From positions 2,543 to 66,542 of the forward strand of contig JACAFB010000041.1 of the NCBI GenBank assembly GCA_013388545.1: a stretch of DNA of 64,000 bases, read 5' to 3'. The notes under the pieces were generated by a model. It was given only the letters and a program-made list of their open reading frames with translations. It did no database searches and had not been told where the DNA came from. The stretch comes from Ignavibacteriaceae bacterium. GTDB lineage: Bacteria > Bacteroidota > Ignavibacteria > Ignavibacteriales > Ignavibacteriaceae. Shown here piece by piece: positions 28,201 to 37,244 of this stretch (position 1 is its first letter; each line of letters starts with the position of its first letter). The translations under genes and the position numbers were made by a program.

Positions 28201-29810
28201 TCAACAAGCAGTTCCCTGAATTCACAATAAATGGTTCTATTCCTCTCAATTTATCATTTGCCGGTAACGGCAATAATAATCAGCAGACGGCGCAATTAGA
28301 TTTAACAATCAACTCAAAGAATTTTGATATTTCATTTTTAGGTGATGGTTTGCCGGGTGTAAGTGATGTAAGAGGAATTCTAAATGGAAATCTGAAATTA
28401 TCCGGCTCACTAAAAGAAATTGAAGCAGAAGGAAAACTCGATTTGTTTAATGCCGGACTGAAGGGGAAGAACAACAATCTTGAATATAATATTGGTTTAA
28501 GTCTCGACGTTAAAAAAGACGAATTAATAATAGATACTTTTTTTGTTGAAAATAATTCTTCAACACCTGAAGGAGGCAGAATTTTATTTAATGGAAGTAT
28601 TAAACACAAAAACTTTAAGCCCCAGCAAATAAATGTTTTTGCCGAAGGGACAATTAAAGTGCTGGCTGAAGAATCAAAATACACTAGTCCGGCTGTTTAT
28701 GGAGATCTTGTGATAGGAACAAAAGGTAAAGTAGAACTGACATCAATCAATAATATAACTTCATTTAATGCTCCTTTACTGGTAAAGAAAGCTGATCTTA
28801 CTTTTCCATTAACTCAAAGTGCATATCAAAATACAGCAGAGAATTTTATTTACAAATATCCTGTTTACGGAACTAAAAGAACTCAGACGGATATTGAGTT
28901 TGATGAACTTGTAAATTTGTCCCAAAGAAAGAGCGTTAGAAAACAGGGTTCTCCAGCTTCTAAGAGTTCATTCGAATATGCAATAACTATTGATGTTGAA
29001 AATGAAGCCAGGATGATCGTAATACTCTCAAAGGAACTTAATCAAAAACTGACTGCCTATCTTAATGGCAACTTCAAATATGAGTACATCGGTGGCAGGC
29101 AATTTATCAGGGGTGAGCTCGATCTGCTTGATGGCAGCAATCTTGAATTTATAAAATCTTTTGAGGCGCTTGGAACAATTAAATTTGGAAACGATTTAAC
29201 AAATCCTGAGCTCAATATCACCGCGGCTTACAAAGACTATTTTACACCTGATACCTCCGGTACCGGATTAGAAGAGCTTGTTGCTGTAAAAATAAAATTA
29301 AGGGGACCTTTGAGCGAACTTTCAAAAAACTTTATCCGTGACCCGAACAATATCGCAGTTTATAAAGGTGAATATAACATTGAGAACGATCTGCCGAGCG
29401 TAGAATATGATGTATCGGATGCAATAATGTTTATAATTACAAACCAGTTTACATCAACAGCTTCACAGCAGGATAAGAATGTTGCTGTTTCTACTGCAAC
29501 TTCGCTTGCCGGTTCTATTCTCGGCGGGTTTCTGAATAAGCAGCTCGGTGACTATGTTAGAAATGTTCAGCTAAGGCAGGTGGGCACTCAAACAAAGTTT
29601 TCGCTTATCGGAAAAGCCGGCAATATTCGCTATGAAATTGGCGGTTCTACCGATGTATTTCAGGATTTAAGCCGGGCAAATATTAAAATAGAATATCCTC
29701 TTATTAAGAAGTTATTGCTTCGACTGGAAAGAAGAGAATCGATAACCGAATCAAATATTACCACTCAGATGATAAACGAGCTGGGTATCAAATATAGGTT
29801 TGAATTCTGA
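25299..29810 (+). CDS. tamB: TamB/AsmA-like translocation and assembly module protein (giant N-terminally anchored periplasm-spanning protein)
   Basis: 1503 aa with a single N-terminal TM helix, a long beta-rich low-complexity body, and a C-terminal DUF490-like end (...LRLERRESITE...ELGIKYRFEF). GTG start. Confidence 0.7.
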   Translation: MSEEIKNQNSAPPNSKKKRTLFHKIVNVFIYTGVGIIVGLMILFGISQTSMFREFLREKIITIANGELNGTLNIEKIEGTLFTSLILRNTSIKMGNDTLLNAGMIDVRVSPLKMLFKIIYIRKITIEYTTISFLKDSSGTLNISKLFPPSAEEDTTTTEFPFLIQLADLSCKNINFSLQSFDKKGSKEFYNNLNLDDFRIKNLNLNLKASADISGRIFSLNIDQLSFEPNINNFRLSKLSGNFGIAKDLIVVDDFAFRTGNSVLNTNLDIKGFDLFSEDSAQNINDAYLNLKLDAQEFDFTDLTTFVPATGLLKGKLSVVADVGGSFNNLMIKQLEIKVGESILKTSGRLQDLSKTENLTISASFYECSINQSDVKNLLPDINIPYFPELGTLRFDTLRYEGQPLKFTSTFYLQTDRGNVDGNVFLDLTGKDLVYDISFNTRKLDISPFAGLSSVLNSSGSVKGSGTSIETLNSEIKFFASNSTLQGYSLGNLMLDVSAAEKNIDYTLNLDSDTSYAFIKGTLDFSSSDNPIYDFDGYGRRINLKNYLKGNSLSTNLNFNISATGNDFDPDKADLFVNLLLYNSTINNIEIDTTRTIVDIRTIGEREKTINLISDIADVTVNGKFFISELTGLISAESEIISKAISEKIDQISPDSLIEKNRLSTNFSVNRNNSFLNLPQNPVFIDFLVDLKDFRLVSLFLKDSKLDINGKISGSLKSDPDDFVMNFYTDLDYVRYWGSEQVFFLSNMKLDYKLENSLGQADFNNLRSDLKLSLYRAFAGSYLNKINFKLKLNESIAAIDFSGYVNNDIFSRLIGQVDLTSDKAALNLDSLGIKFRDFAIYNLRPVEFNFKDKKLDVKNFLIGNENQKLQLAGFIDFKSGQDLNISLRDFQVKEFFRDLLGMEEQESPQGKISLNASVVGTLNNPVINLSTSIDSLRYGNSKPVIINGKFDYANSLLYTNIKILNTFINKQFPEFTINGSIPLNLSFAGNGNNNQQTAQLDLTINSKNFDISFLGDGLPGVSDVRGILNGNLKLSGSLKEIEAEGKLDLFNAGLKGKNNNLEYNIGLSLDVKKDELIIDTFFVENNSSTPEGGRILFNGSIKHKNFKPQQINVFAEGTIKVLAEESKYTSPAVYGDLVIGTKGKVELTSINNITSFNAPLLVKKADLTFPLTQSAYQNTAENFIYKYPVYGTKRTQTDIEFDELVNLSQRKSVRKQGSPASKSSFEYAITIDVENEARMIVILSKELNQKLTAYLNGNFKYEYIGGRQFIRGELDLLDGSNLEFIKSFEALGTIKFGNDLTNPELNITAAYKDYFTPDTSGTGLEELVAVKIKLRGPLSELSKNFIRDPNNIAVYKGEYNIENDLPSVEYDVSDAIMFIITNQFTSTASQQDKNVAVSTATSLAGSILGGFLNKQLGDYVRNVQLRQVGTQTKFSLIGKAGNIRYEIGGSTDVFQDLSRANIKIEYPLIKKLLLRLERRESITESNITTQMINELGIKYRFEF

Positions 29811-31908
29811 TGAAGAAACAGGTAATAAAATTATTTGAGGAAAATCCCGGTCGTTCATTTAAGAGTAAACAGATTTCAAGAAAGCTTAATATCGTTGATG
29901 AGGATGAATATATTCAGTTAAAAACATTATTGCACAAGCTTTATTCAGAAGAATTTCTTATCAAATCGGGTAAGCGATATCAACTAAACCGTGTTCCCGA
30001 ATCAAATATTATCAGTGGAATACTACAGATCTCTCCTCAGGGCTATGGTTTTGTAGTTTCAAAAAATAACAAGCTGGGTGATATTTTCATCGCTGCAAGG
30101 AATTTTGGTACAGCATTTCATGGCGATTATGTAGAAGTTTCTCTTTTTGCTAAACAAAAAGGAAAAAACCTTGAAGGACAGGTCGTAAGAGTTTTAAAGA
30201 GAAATAAAGCGGATCTGGTTGGCGAATTGCAAAAAATGAAATCATTTTATGTTGTTAAACCCGACGATCCATTGATTCACAGAGATCTTTATATTGACAA
30301 AGATAAATTATCTGGAGCTAAACCCGGCGATAAGGTTCTTGTGAGCAATATAAAATGGGAATCATCAAAACTTAGTCCTGAAGCCGACGTGGTCGAAGTA
30401 TTAGGTAAAACCGGTACTCTCGTAACAGAAGTACAATCTCTTGCAAGAGAATTTAATTTGCCTTACAAATTTCCTGAATCCGTTTTAGATGAAGCAGAAA
30501 AAATAAGTGAAGAAATTTCACCAATTGAGGTTAATGGAAGAAGGGATTTCAGGAACAGTGTAGTCTTCACAATAGATCCTGTTGATGCCAAAGATTTTGA
30601 TGATGCCTTATCAATTGAAGTAAAAGATGATTTTAATATTGAGATTGGAATTCATATTGCAGATGTATCTCACTTCGTTAAACCAAATACCTCATTAGAT
30701 AAAGAAGCTGAAAAGCGAGGCAACAGTGTTTATTTAGTAGGGAGTGTTATTCCAATGCTTCCTGAAAAGCTGTCAAATAATATTTGTTCACTTGTTCCCG
30801 GTAAAGACAGACTTACCTATTCGGTTATTGCTCTACTTTCGCCAAAAGGTAAGTTAATAAGTTATGAAATAGTTAAATCCATCATTAACAGTAAAAGAAG
30901 ATTCAATTATGATGAGGTTCAGAAAATAATTGAAACGGGCAACGGCGATTTTAATTTCGAAATAAATGAGCTTAATAAATTTGCTCAAACTCTGCGTAAA
31001 AAAAGAATGCATGAGGGAAGCATTGAATTCTTTTCTCCCGAAGTCAAGTTTGAGCTTGATGAAACAGGCCGCCCTGTTGCTGTTCATAAAAAAGAGATTA
31101 AAGAAAGCAATATGCTTGTAGAGGAATTCATGCTTCTTGCAAACAGGATAGTTGCCACCAAGATTTCTCTGCCTGTTAAAGGCAAGATTAAACCATTTAT
31201 TTACAGGATTCATGATTTACCAGAAGCAGAAAAATTAAAAGAGTTTGCACGATTCGTAAAAACTTTAGGCTATCCATTCAATCCAGCGGCAAAAAGTAAA
31301 GTAAACCAGTTTCATCTTCTAATAACAAAAATCAGGGGCACTGAAGAAGAAGCATTGATAAATGAACTGGCAATTCGCTCGATGGCAAAAGCTGTTTATA
31401 GTACAAACAATATTGGTCATTATGGATTGGGATTTGATTACTATACTCATTTTACTTCTCCGATAAGAAGATATGCCGATCTGCTTGTCCACCGAATAAT
31501 TTTCAGCTATTTGAATCATTCCGAAAAAATAAATGTTAAAAAAGATAATCTTGAAAAAATTTGTTCACATATCTCTAATTGTGAGAGAATTGCTCTTGAA
31601 GCTGAGAGAACATCAGTAAAACGAAAACAAATAGAGTACCTTGAAAACCACCTGGGCGAGGAATTTCATGCCATTATTTCGGGAGTGATGAATTTTGGTA
31701 TTTTTGTCGAACTAACTGATATATTAGCAGAAGGTTTGGTCAGAGCCAGAGATTTAGAGGGAGATTTTTATGTTTACGATGAAAAAAATATGCTTTAATT
31801 GGTCGAAGAACAAAAAAACAATATAGATTAGGCGATAAAGTTACCGTTAGGCTCATTCGTGTTGACTCAGAAAAATCAGAGCTTGATTTTATTATTGTTG
31901 AAAATTAA
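29810..31908 (+). CDS. rnr: ribonuclease R, reading frame broken (-1) at the A7 run 31782-31788
   Basis: RNB domain motifs (FTIDPVDAKDFDDALS, HYGLGFDYYTHFTSPIRRYADLLVHR). The S1 domain begins GVMNFGIFVEL but stops at 31798. The -1 frame 31789-31908 encodes the rest (YALIGRRTKKQYRLGDKVTVRLIRVDSEKSELDFIIVEN*). Confidence 0.9.
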
Positions 31909-31921
31909 GAGTAATACAATC

Positions 31922-34900
31922 ATGAAAATTATAATAAACCTATTAGTGATAATTATTATTACTGCACCGCTGAATTTTGCCCAGTTCGGAAAAAACAAGG
32001 TACAGTACAAAGAATTTACCTGGTATTATATTCAAACCGACCACTTTGATATTTATTTTACTCAGGATGGATCGGCACTTGCTGAATTTGCAGCTAACGC
32101 AGCTGAAAATGCACTTGCTTCTATCCAGTCCAGTTTTGAATACAGAATAAATAACCGGGTCACCTTAATAATTTATAACTCCCAAAATGATTTCCAGGAA
32201 ACCAATGTAATTGATCAGTCGCTAAGCGAAGGTGTTCAAGGTTTTACCGAGCTATTTAAAAACAGAGTTGTTGTTCAATTCAATGGTTCTTATAAAATGT
32301 TCAGACACTTAATTCACCACGAGCTTGTTCACGCTGTAATAAATGATATGTTTTATGGTGGCTCGCTTCAGAATGCGATGTCTAATAATTTAAGTATAAA
32401 CCTTCCTCTCTGGTTTAATGAGGGAATGGCTGAATATCAGGCTTTGAAGTGGGATGTTGATACGGATATGTTTATTCGTGATGCAGCCATAAGTGAGTAC
32501 TTGCCGGACATAGAAAGGCTTGATGGTTATTTCGCTTACAGAGGCGGACAGGCAGTTTTCAATTACATTGCTAAAAAATATGGTGAAGAAAAAATAGGTG
32601 AATTGATTAACAAGATTAAAGCTACGGGAAACGTTGATGAAGGTTTCAAGTCTGCAATCGGCCTTACCGTTAAAGAACTTAATGAAAGGTGGAAGAAAGA
32701 CATAAAAAGAACTTTCTGGCCTGATATTTCAATCAGAGAAGATGCTGATGAATTTGCAAAACGATTGACCGATCATCGTGAAGATGGAGGCTTTTATAAC
32801 ACTAGCCCTGCAATATCACCCCAAGGTGATAAAATTGCTTTTATTACTAATCGTGACTTTTATTTTGATCTTTACCTTATGAATGCAAATGACGGAAAAA
32901 TTATTCGTCGCTTGATTAAAGGAAACAGAAGTCCCGACTTTGAAGAGCTGAATATTTTAACTCCCGGATTAAGCTGGTCACCTGATGGATCAAAAATTGC
33001 ACTTTCAGCCAAAAGTGGTGGATGGGATGTTGTTTATATAATTAACTTTCAGGATGGTGATATTGAAGAGATACTTCCAATTCGTCTTGATGCAATTCAA
33101 AGTGTAACCTGGTCAAATGATGGGAAACGACTTGCATTTATCGGACAGACTACACAGCAGTCAGATGTTTATATCTATGATTTTGAAACTCAGCAGTTTT
33201 TTAATCTGACAAATGATATTTTCAGCGAAATAACTCCGGCCTGGTCAAATGATGATTCCAGAATTTTCTTTTCATCAGACCGCGGCGACCTTATTGATGC
33301 CAGCTCTGTTTCGGATTCATTCAAGATTTACAGGCATAATTATGATCAGAATGATTTGTATGAACTTGATTTAAACACAAAAAAAATCCGTCGGATTACG
33401 AACTCCAGAATTGCTAATGAAACTTCTCCTATTAATTCGCCCGATGGTAAAGAATTGCTTTTTATCTCAGATGAAAACGGTATTAATAATATTTACAAAA
33501 AATCAATTGTTTTAACTCCTTCTGATACCATTAAAGATATTTCTGAAAATCCACATATACCTATAACAAATTCGATAAGTGGTTTGTATCAAATATCATC
33601 CTCCCGAGATGGAAAGAAGGTTGCCTTCTCTACTTTGTACCAGGCTGCATTTAATATTTTCTTAATTAATAATCCGTTCGAAAGTGAGCATCCAAAAAAG
33701 AAATTAGAACCAACTTTGTATATGGCTAAACTGCTTGGGGTCGATTCCGGAAATCGTGAAGATTCATTTATCCAAACTGACTCGGTTTTTCAGGATTCAG
33801 TCCAGATAGGTAATCTCACTATTATGACGGGAAGCGTTATAGATACCAATAAAACTTATGGAGATTCTGTCAGCATCGATTTTGGTAATTATGTTTTTGG
33901 AAATTCAGAACTCTCTAAAGTTGATACTTCTGACAGCAGAGAGCAGTTTAAACCTGATGATAACTTAGATGAGGATGGAAACTTTAAAGTTAACAAATAC
34001 AAAATTACCTTTGCCCCTGATTTGATCTATGCAAATGCTGCTTACAGCAGTTTATACGGTTTATTAGGCACAACAATTATTTCCTTTAGTGATGTTCTTG
34101 GAAATCATCGTCTGATAGGGCTGACAAGTTTGCAAATTGATTTAAAGAATAGTGACTATGGGCTTGCTTACTATTATTTGCCCGAGCGGGTAGATTACGG
34201 CATCGAACTCTTTCATACAGCCCGATTTGTTTATCTGGATAGAGGATTCTTTACAAACCTTTACCGGTTTAGAAATTTCGGAGCAGTTGCTTCCATTAGC
34301 TATCCTCTTAACAGGTATTATCGCTTTGATTTTGGGTTAAGCTGGTTGAATTTGTCCAGTGAGAATCTTGATGATCCGGATGAAGATATTGAAGATGTTT
34401 CTTACGTTATACCCTCAATGAGCTTTGTTCAAGATAATGTTTTATGGGGATATACTTCGCCAATTGACGGAACCAGATATCGTATTGATTTATTTGGAAA
34501 TCCTGGTATTGGAAATAAACGATTAAGTTTCTATTCCATTACCGCCGACTATAGAAATTATTCCCGATTTTGGTATGACTATTCTTTCGTTATGAGATTT
34601 TCCGGGGGTTATTCGGGCGGGGCTAACAGCCAGCGCTTTTTCATTGGTGGTATTGAAAACTGGATCAACAGAACTTTCTCCACAACAGGAATTCCAATCG
34701 AATCGGCTTCAGACTTCGCATTTCTGACTGCGGCACTTCCTTTAAGAGGATTCAACTATGCTGAATTGATCGGAACCAAATATGGTCTCGTTAACTTAGA
34801 GCTTAGATTTCCTCTTATAAGATATCTGGTTACCGGTGCACTGCCAATTTTATTCAGTAATATTTTAGGAGTTGCATTTATTGACGCAGGCACTGCCTGG

Positions 34901-35098
34901 AATAATCACAATGATCTGCAGTTCTTTACAAGGGATTCAGACGGTAACCTGATAACCAAAGATTTGTTGATTGGAACTGGTTTTGGTGCCCGATTATACC
35001 TATTGTATTTTCTGCTGAGATTTGACGTTGCGTGGGCTTATAATGTACATAAGTTTTCTCAGCCAAAATTTTATTTTTCACTTGGCACTGATTTTTAA
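31922..35098 (+). CDS. outer-membrane fusion protein: N-terminal HExxH peptidase-MA-like domain, TolB-like PD40 beta-propeller repeats, and a C-terminal Omp85 (surface antigen) barrel
   Basis: Signal peptide MKIIINLLVIIIITAPLNFAQ and HHELVH at FRHLIHHELVHAV. PD40-like repeats (SPAISPQGDKIAF, SWSPDGSKIAL, TWSNDGKRLAF, SPINSPDGKELLF). C-terminus ...AFIDAGTAW...GTGFGARLYLLYFLLRFDVAWAY...YFSLGTDF. The ORF-track GTG 31859 start overlaps the rnr tail. Confidence 0.75.
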   Translation: MKIIINLLVIIIITAPLNFAQFGKNKVQYKEFTWYYIQTDHFDIYFTQDGSALAEFAANAAENALASIQSSFEYRINNRVTLIIYNSQNDFQETNVIDQSLSEGVQGFTELFKNRVVVQFNGSYKMFRHLIHHELVHAVINDMFYGGSLQNAMSNNLSINLPLWFNEGMAEYQALKWDVDTDMFIRDAAISEYLPDIERLDGYFAYRGGQAVFNYIAKKYGEEKIGELINKIKATGNVDEGFKSAIGLTVKELNERWKKDIKRTFWPDISIREDADEFAKRLTDHREDGGFYNTSPAISPQGDKIAFITNRDFYFDLYLMNANDGKIIRRLIKGNRSPDFEELNILTPGLSWSPDGSKIALSAKSGGWDVVYIINFQDGDIEEILPIRLDAIQSVTWSNDGKRLAFIGQTTQQSDVYIYDFETQQFFNLTNDIFSEITPAWSNDDSRIFFSSDRGDLIDASSVSDSFKIYRHNYDQNDLYELDLNTKKIRRITNSRIANETSPINSPDGKELLFISDENGINNIYKKSIVLTPSDTIKDISENPHIPITNSISGLYQISSSRDGKKVAFSTLYQAAFNIFLINNPFESEHPKKKLEPTLYMAKLLGVDSGNREDSFIQTDSVFQDSVQIGNLTIMTGSVIDTNKTYGDSVSIDFGNYVFGNSELSKVDTSDSREQFKPDDNLDEDGNFKVNKYKITFAPDLIYANAAYSSLYGLLGTTIISFSDVLGNHRLIGLTSLQIDLKNSDYGLAYYYLPERVDYGIELFHTARFVYLDRGFFTNLYRFRNFGAVASISYPLNRYYRFDFGLSWLNLSSENLDDPDEDIEDVSYVIPSMSFVQDNVLWGYTSPIDGTRYRIDLFGNPGIGNKRLSFYSITADYRNYSRFWYDYSFVMRFSGGYSGGANSQRFFIGGIENWINRTFSTTGIPIESASDFAFLTAALPLRGFNYAELIGTKYGLVNLELRFPLIRYLVTGALPILFSNILGVAFIDAGTAWNNHNDLQFFTRDSDGNLITKDLLIGTGFGARLYLLYFLLRFDVAWAYNVHKFSQPKFYFSLGTDF

Positions 35099-35127
35099 TT
35101 CGAAAGCACATTAAAGGTTAGCTTTTC

Positions 35128-35158
35128 AAAGCCTGAATTAGATTGATTCAGGCTTTTT
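35128..35158. terminator. bidirectional intrinsic terminator
   Basis: AAAGCCTGAAT (35128-35138) pairs with ATTCAGGCTTT (35146-35156) across a 7-nt loop, with a T-run. It lies between convergent genes. Confidence 0.7.
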
Positions 35159-35420
35159 AGTTGGTATCACTTTTATTAGATGACTTGCGATCTGCTTTTT
35201 CCGCTTTGGACGTCTCTTTAGATATTTTCTTTGATGAATTGTTTTTATAGTCTGTTTGATAAAATCCGTTTCCTTTGAAAATGGGCCCCAAACCTGGACC
35301 AATTAATCTTTTTAGTTCGCCATTACATCTACTGCATATTTTTAATGGTGGCTCACTCATAGCCTGAAATATTTCAAATTCATCGCCGCAAGAAATGCAT
35401 TTATAATCATAAGTTGGCAT
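35157..35420 (-). CDS. FmdB-family zinc-ribbon protein
   Basis: MPTYDYKCISCGDEFEIFQ...CSRCNG (CxxC...CxxC) with a basic/Ser-rich tail. The ORF track begins 14 codons upstream (35462). Confidence 0.8.
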   Translation of the reverse strand: MPTYDYKCISCGDEFEIFQAMSEPPLKICSRCNGELKRLIGPGLGPIFKGNGFYQTDYKNNSSKKISKETSKAEKADRKSSNKSDTN

Positions 35421-35492
35421 CTTTTTATCCTTATTTTTATAAATAAAATTAATGAAAAACAATTTATTTTTCTATAAATTTGATTGTTATCA

Positions 35493-36182
35493 ATGGCAAA
35501 AATGATGTCGCTTTTCAAAATCTTTTTACGAAAAAAAACTTATCTGCTTGCAGCTATTTTATTTTCTGGCTGCATTAATTTTAATCAGGAAGTACATATC
35601 TATCCGGATGGTTCAGGCAAGATGTTCATTCATTACTGGATGGCTGTTCCTGATAGTCAGAATGTTGAAATCTTTAATACATTAGGAATTTTCAATCCCG
35701 ATTCAATACGAAAAGAATTTGAATCTGTTTACACGAAGATTGAGGATGTTGAAGTTTATTATGATTCTTCTGACAGTACCACTCATGCTAAACTCAAATT
35801 TTCATTCTCCAGCATTGACTCACTCAATCTCGTTGAGGCCTTTAAAGACTCAAGATTTCGTTTTGAAGACGGCGCACCCGGTCAAAAAATATTCTCCCAG
35901 TTTATTCCCCCGATTGCCACAGGTTTCGGAATAGATGGAAAGAAATTCCGTGTTACTTACAGATATACATTCTCAGGCGAAGTGATTACACATAATGCCA
36001 CTGAAGAAGATGGTAAAGCACTTGTTTGGAGTTATAACTTATCAGAAATCGGTTCCGGAAAAACAATTTCGGTCACAATAAAACCTTATAAATTAAAAGA
36101 AACTCCAGTTTGGATTTACGTAATTTCCGGTATTGTTTTACTAATAGTTATAATATTTCTATTCAGAAAGAAAAAAGACTAA
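35493..36182 (+). CDS. hypothetical lipoprotein with a C-terminal TM anchor
   Basis: Lipobox-like LAAILFSGC and a C-terminal hydrophobic helix WIYVISGIVLLIVIIFLF followed by RKKKD. No recognisable family. Confidence 0.5.
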   Translation: MAKMMSLFKIFLRKKTYLLAAILFSGCINFNQEVHIYPDGSGKMFIHYWMAVPDSQNVEIFNTLGIFNPDSIRKEFESVYTKIEDVEVYYDSSDSTTHAKLKFSFSSIDSLNLVEAFKDSRFRFEDGAPGQKIFSQFIPPIATGFGIDGKKFRVTYRYTFSGEVITHNATEEDGKALVWSYNLSEIGSGKTISVTIKPYKLKETPVWIYVISGIVLLIVIIFLFRKKKD

Positions 36183-36203
36183 ATATTTCATTATACGATT
36201 TAA

Positions 36204-36232
36204 TTGACATAAGTTATTTGAATAGTTATATT
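36204..36232 (+). promoter_or_regulatory. putative promoter of prs-rplY-pth (TTGACA-N17-TATATTTG)
   Basis: TTGACA at 36204-36209 and TATATT at 36227-36232, followed by TG. 40 nt upstream of the prs ATG. Confidence 0.5.
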
Positions 36233-36272
36233 TGCGCTCTGTTTTTAAAAATTAGCCCAATTTTAGATAAAA

Positions 36273-37223
36273 ATGACCTCAGAAGATTTTAAAATTTTTT
36301 CGGGCAGTTCTAATAGATTATTGGCTGGAAAAATTGCCAATAAATTAGAAATGCCGCTGGGATCGGTCGAACTTGAGCGTTTTAGCGATGGTGAAATTTG
36401 GGTTAAGTATGGGGAGAATATCCGGGGCTCCGATGTATTTATTGTTCAGTCAACAAATCCGCCTACGGACAACTTGCTTGAACTCTTAATAATGGTCGAC
36501 GCAGCAAAAAGAGCCTCGGCGAGAAATATTACAGCTGTAATACCTTATTTTGGTTATGCAAGGCAGGATAGAAAAGATCAACCAAGAGTTTCAATTACTG
36601 CCAAGTTGGTTGCAAATTTAATTACAGTTGCTGGTGCAAGCCGTGTAATGACTATGGACTTGCATGCTGCTCAAATTCAGGGTTTTTTTGATATACCATT
36701 TGATCACCTTTATGGCTCTTCTGTTTTTCTTGGTTGCTTTAATGACATAGCAGAGAATTTAGTCGTAGTATCACCAGATGTAGGTGGTATTAAAATGGCA
36801 AGAGCCTACGCTAAACGACTTAACGCAGATCTTGTTGTTATAGATAAAAGAAGACCAAAACAAAATCTTGCAGAGGTTGTTCATATAATAGGAAATGTAG
36901 AGGGAAAAGACGTACTCATTGTAGATGATTTGATCGATACCGCCGGCACTTTCGTCAATGCAATTCAGGCGCTTAAGGCTAAAGGGGCAAATAGAATATT
37001 TGGGGCAGTAACTCATCCTTTATTATCCGGACCGGCAATGAAGAGGATTGCTGAGTCTGAATTAATTAAACTGTTTGTTACAGATACTATAGAGATCGGT
37101 TCGACAAAAGAAGCTAAAAATAAAATTAGTATTGTCACCGCTTCCGATATTTTTGCGGAGGCAATAAAACGCACTTATTACAATGAATCAATTAGTTCAT
37201 TGTTTGATGTAGATAAAGGTTAA
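36273..37223 (+). CDS. prs: ribose-phosphate pyrophosphokinase
   Basis: FSDGE, YFGYARQDRK, DLHAAQIQGFFDIPFDHL, VDDLIDTAGT. Confidence 0.96.
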   Translation: MTSEDFKIFSGSSNRLLAGKIANKLEMPLGSVELERFSDGEIWVKYGENIRGSDVFIVQSTNPPTDNLLELLIMVDAAKRASARNITAVIPYFGYARQDRKDQPRVSITAKLVANLITVAGASRVMTMDLHAAQIQGFFDIPFDHLYGSSVFLGCFNDIAENLVVVSPDVGGIKMARAYAKRLNADLVVIDKRRPKQNLAEVVHIIGNVEGKDVLIVDDLIDTAGTFVNAIQALKAKGANRIFGAVTHPLLSGPAMKRIAESELIKLFVTDTIEIGSTKEAKNKISIVTASDIFAEAIKRTYYNESISSLFDVDKG

Positions 37224-37244
37224 ATTTTAGTAATTGGAGATATA

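Noticed and set aside
31859-31921. The GTG-initiated 21-codon N-terminal extension of the 1079-aa ORF.
   Set aside because: This stretch is explained by the -1-frame tail of RNase R (ends 31908). The ATG at 31922 is followed immediately by a classical signal peptide.
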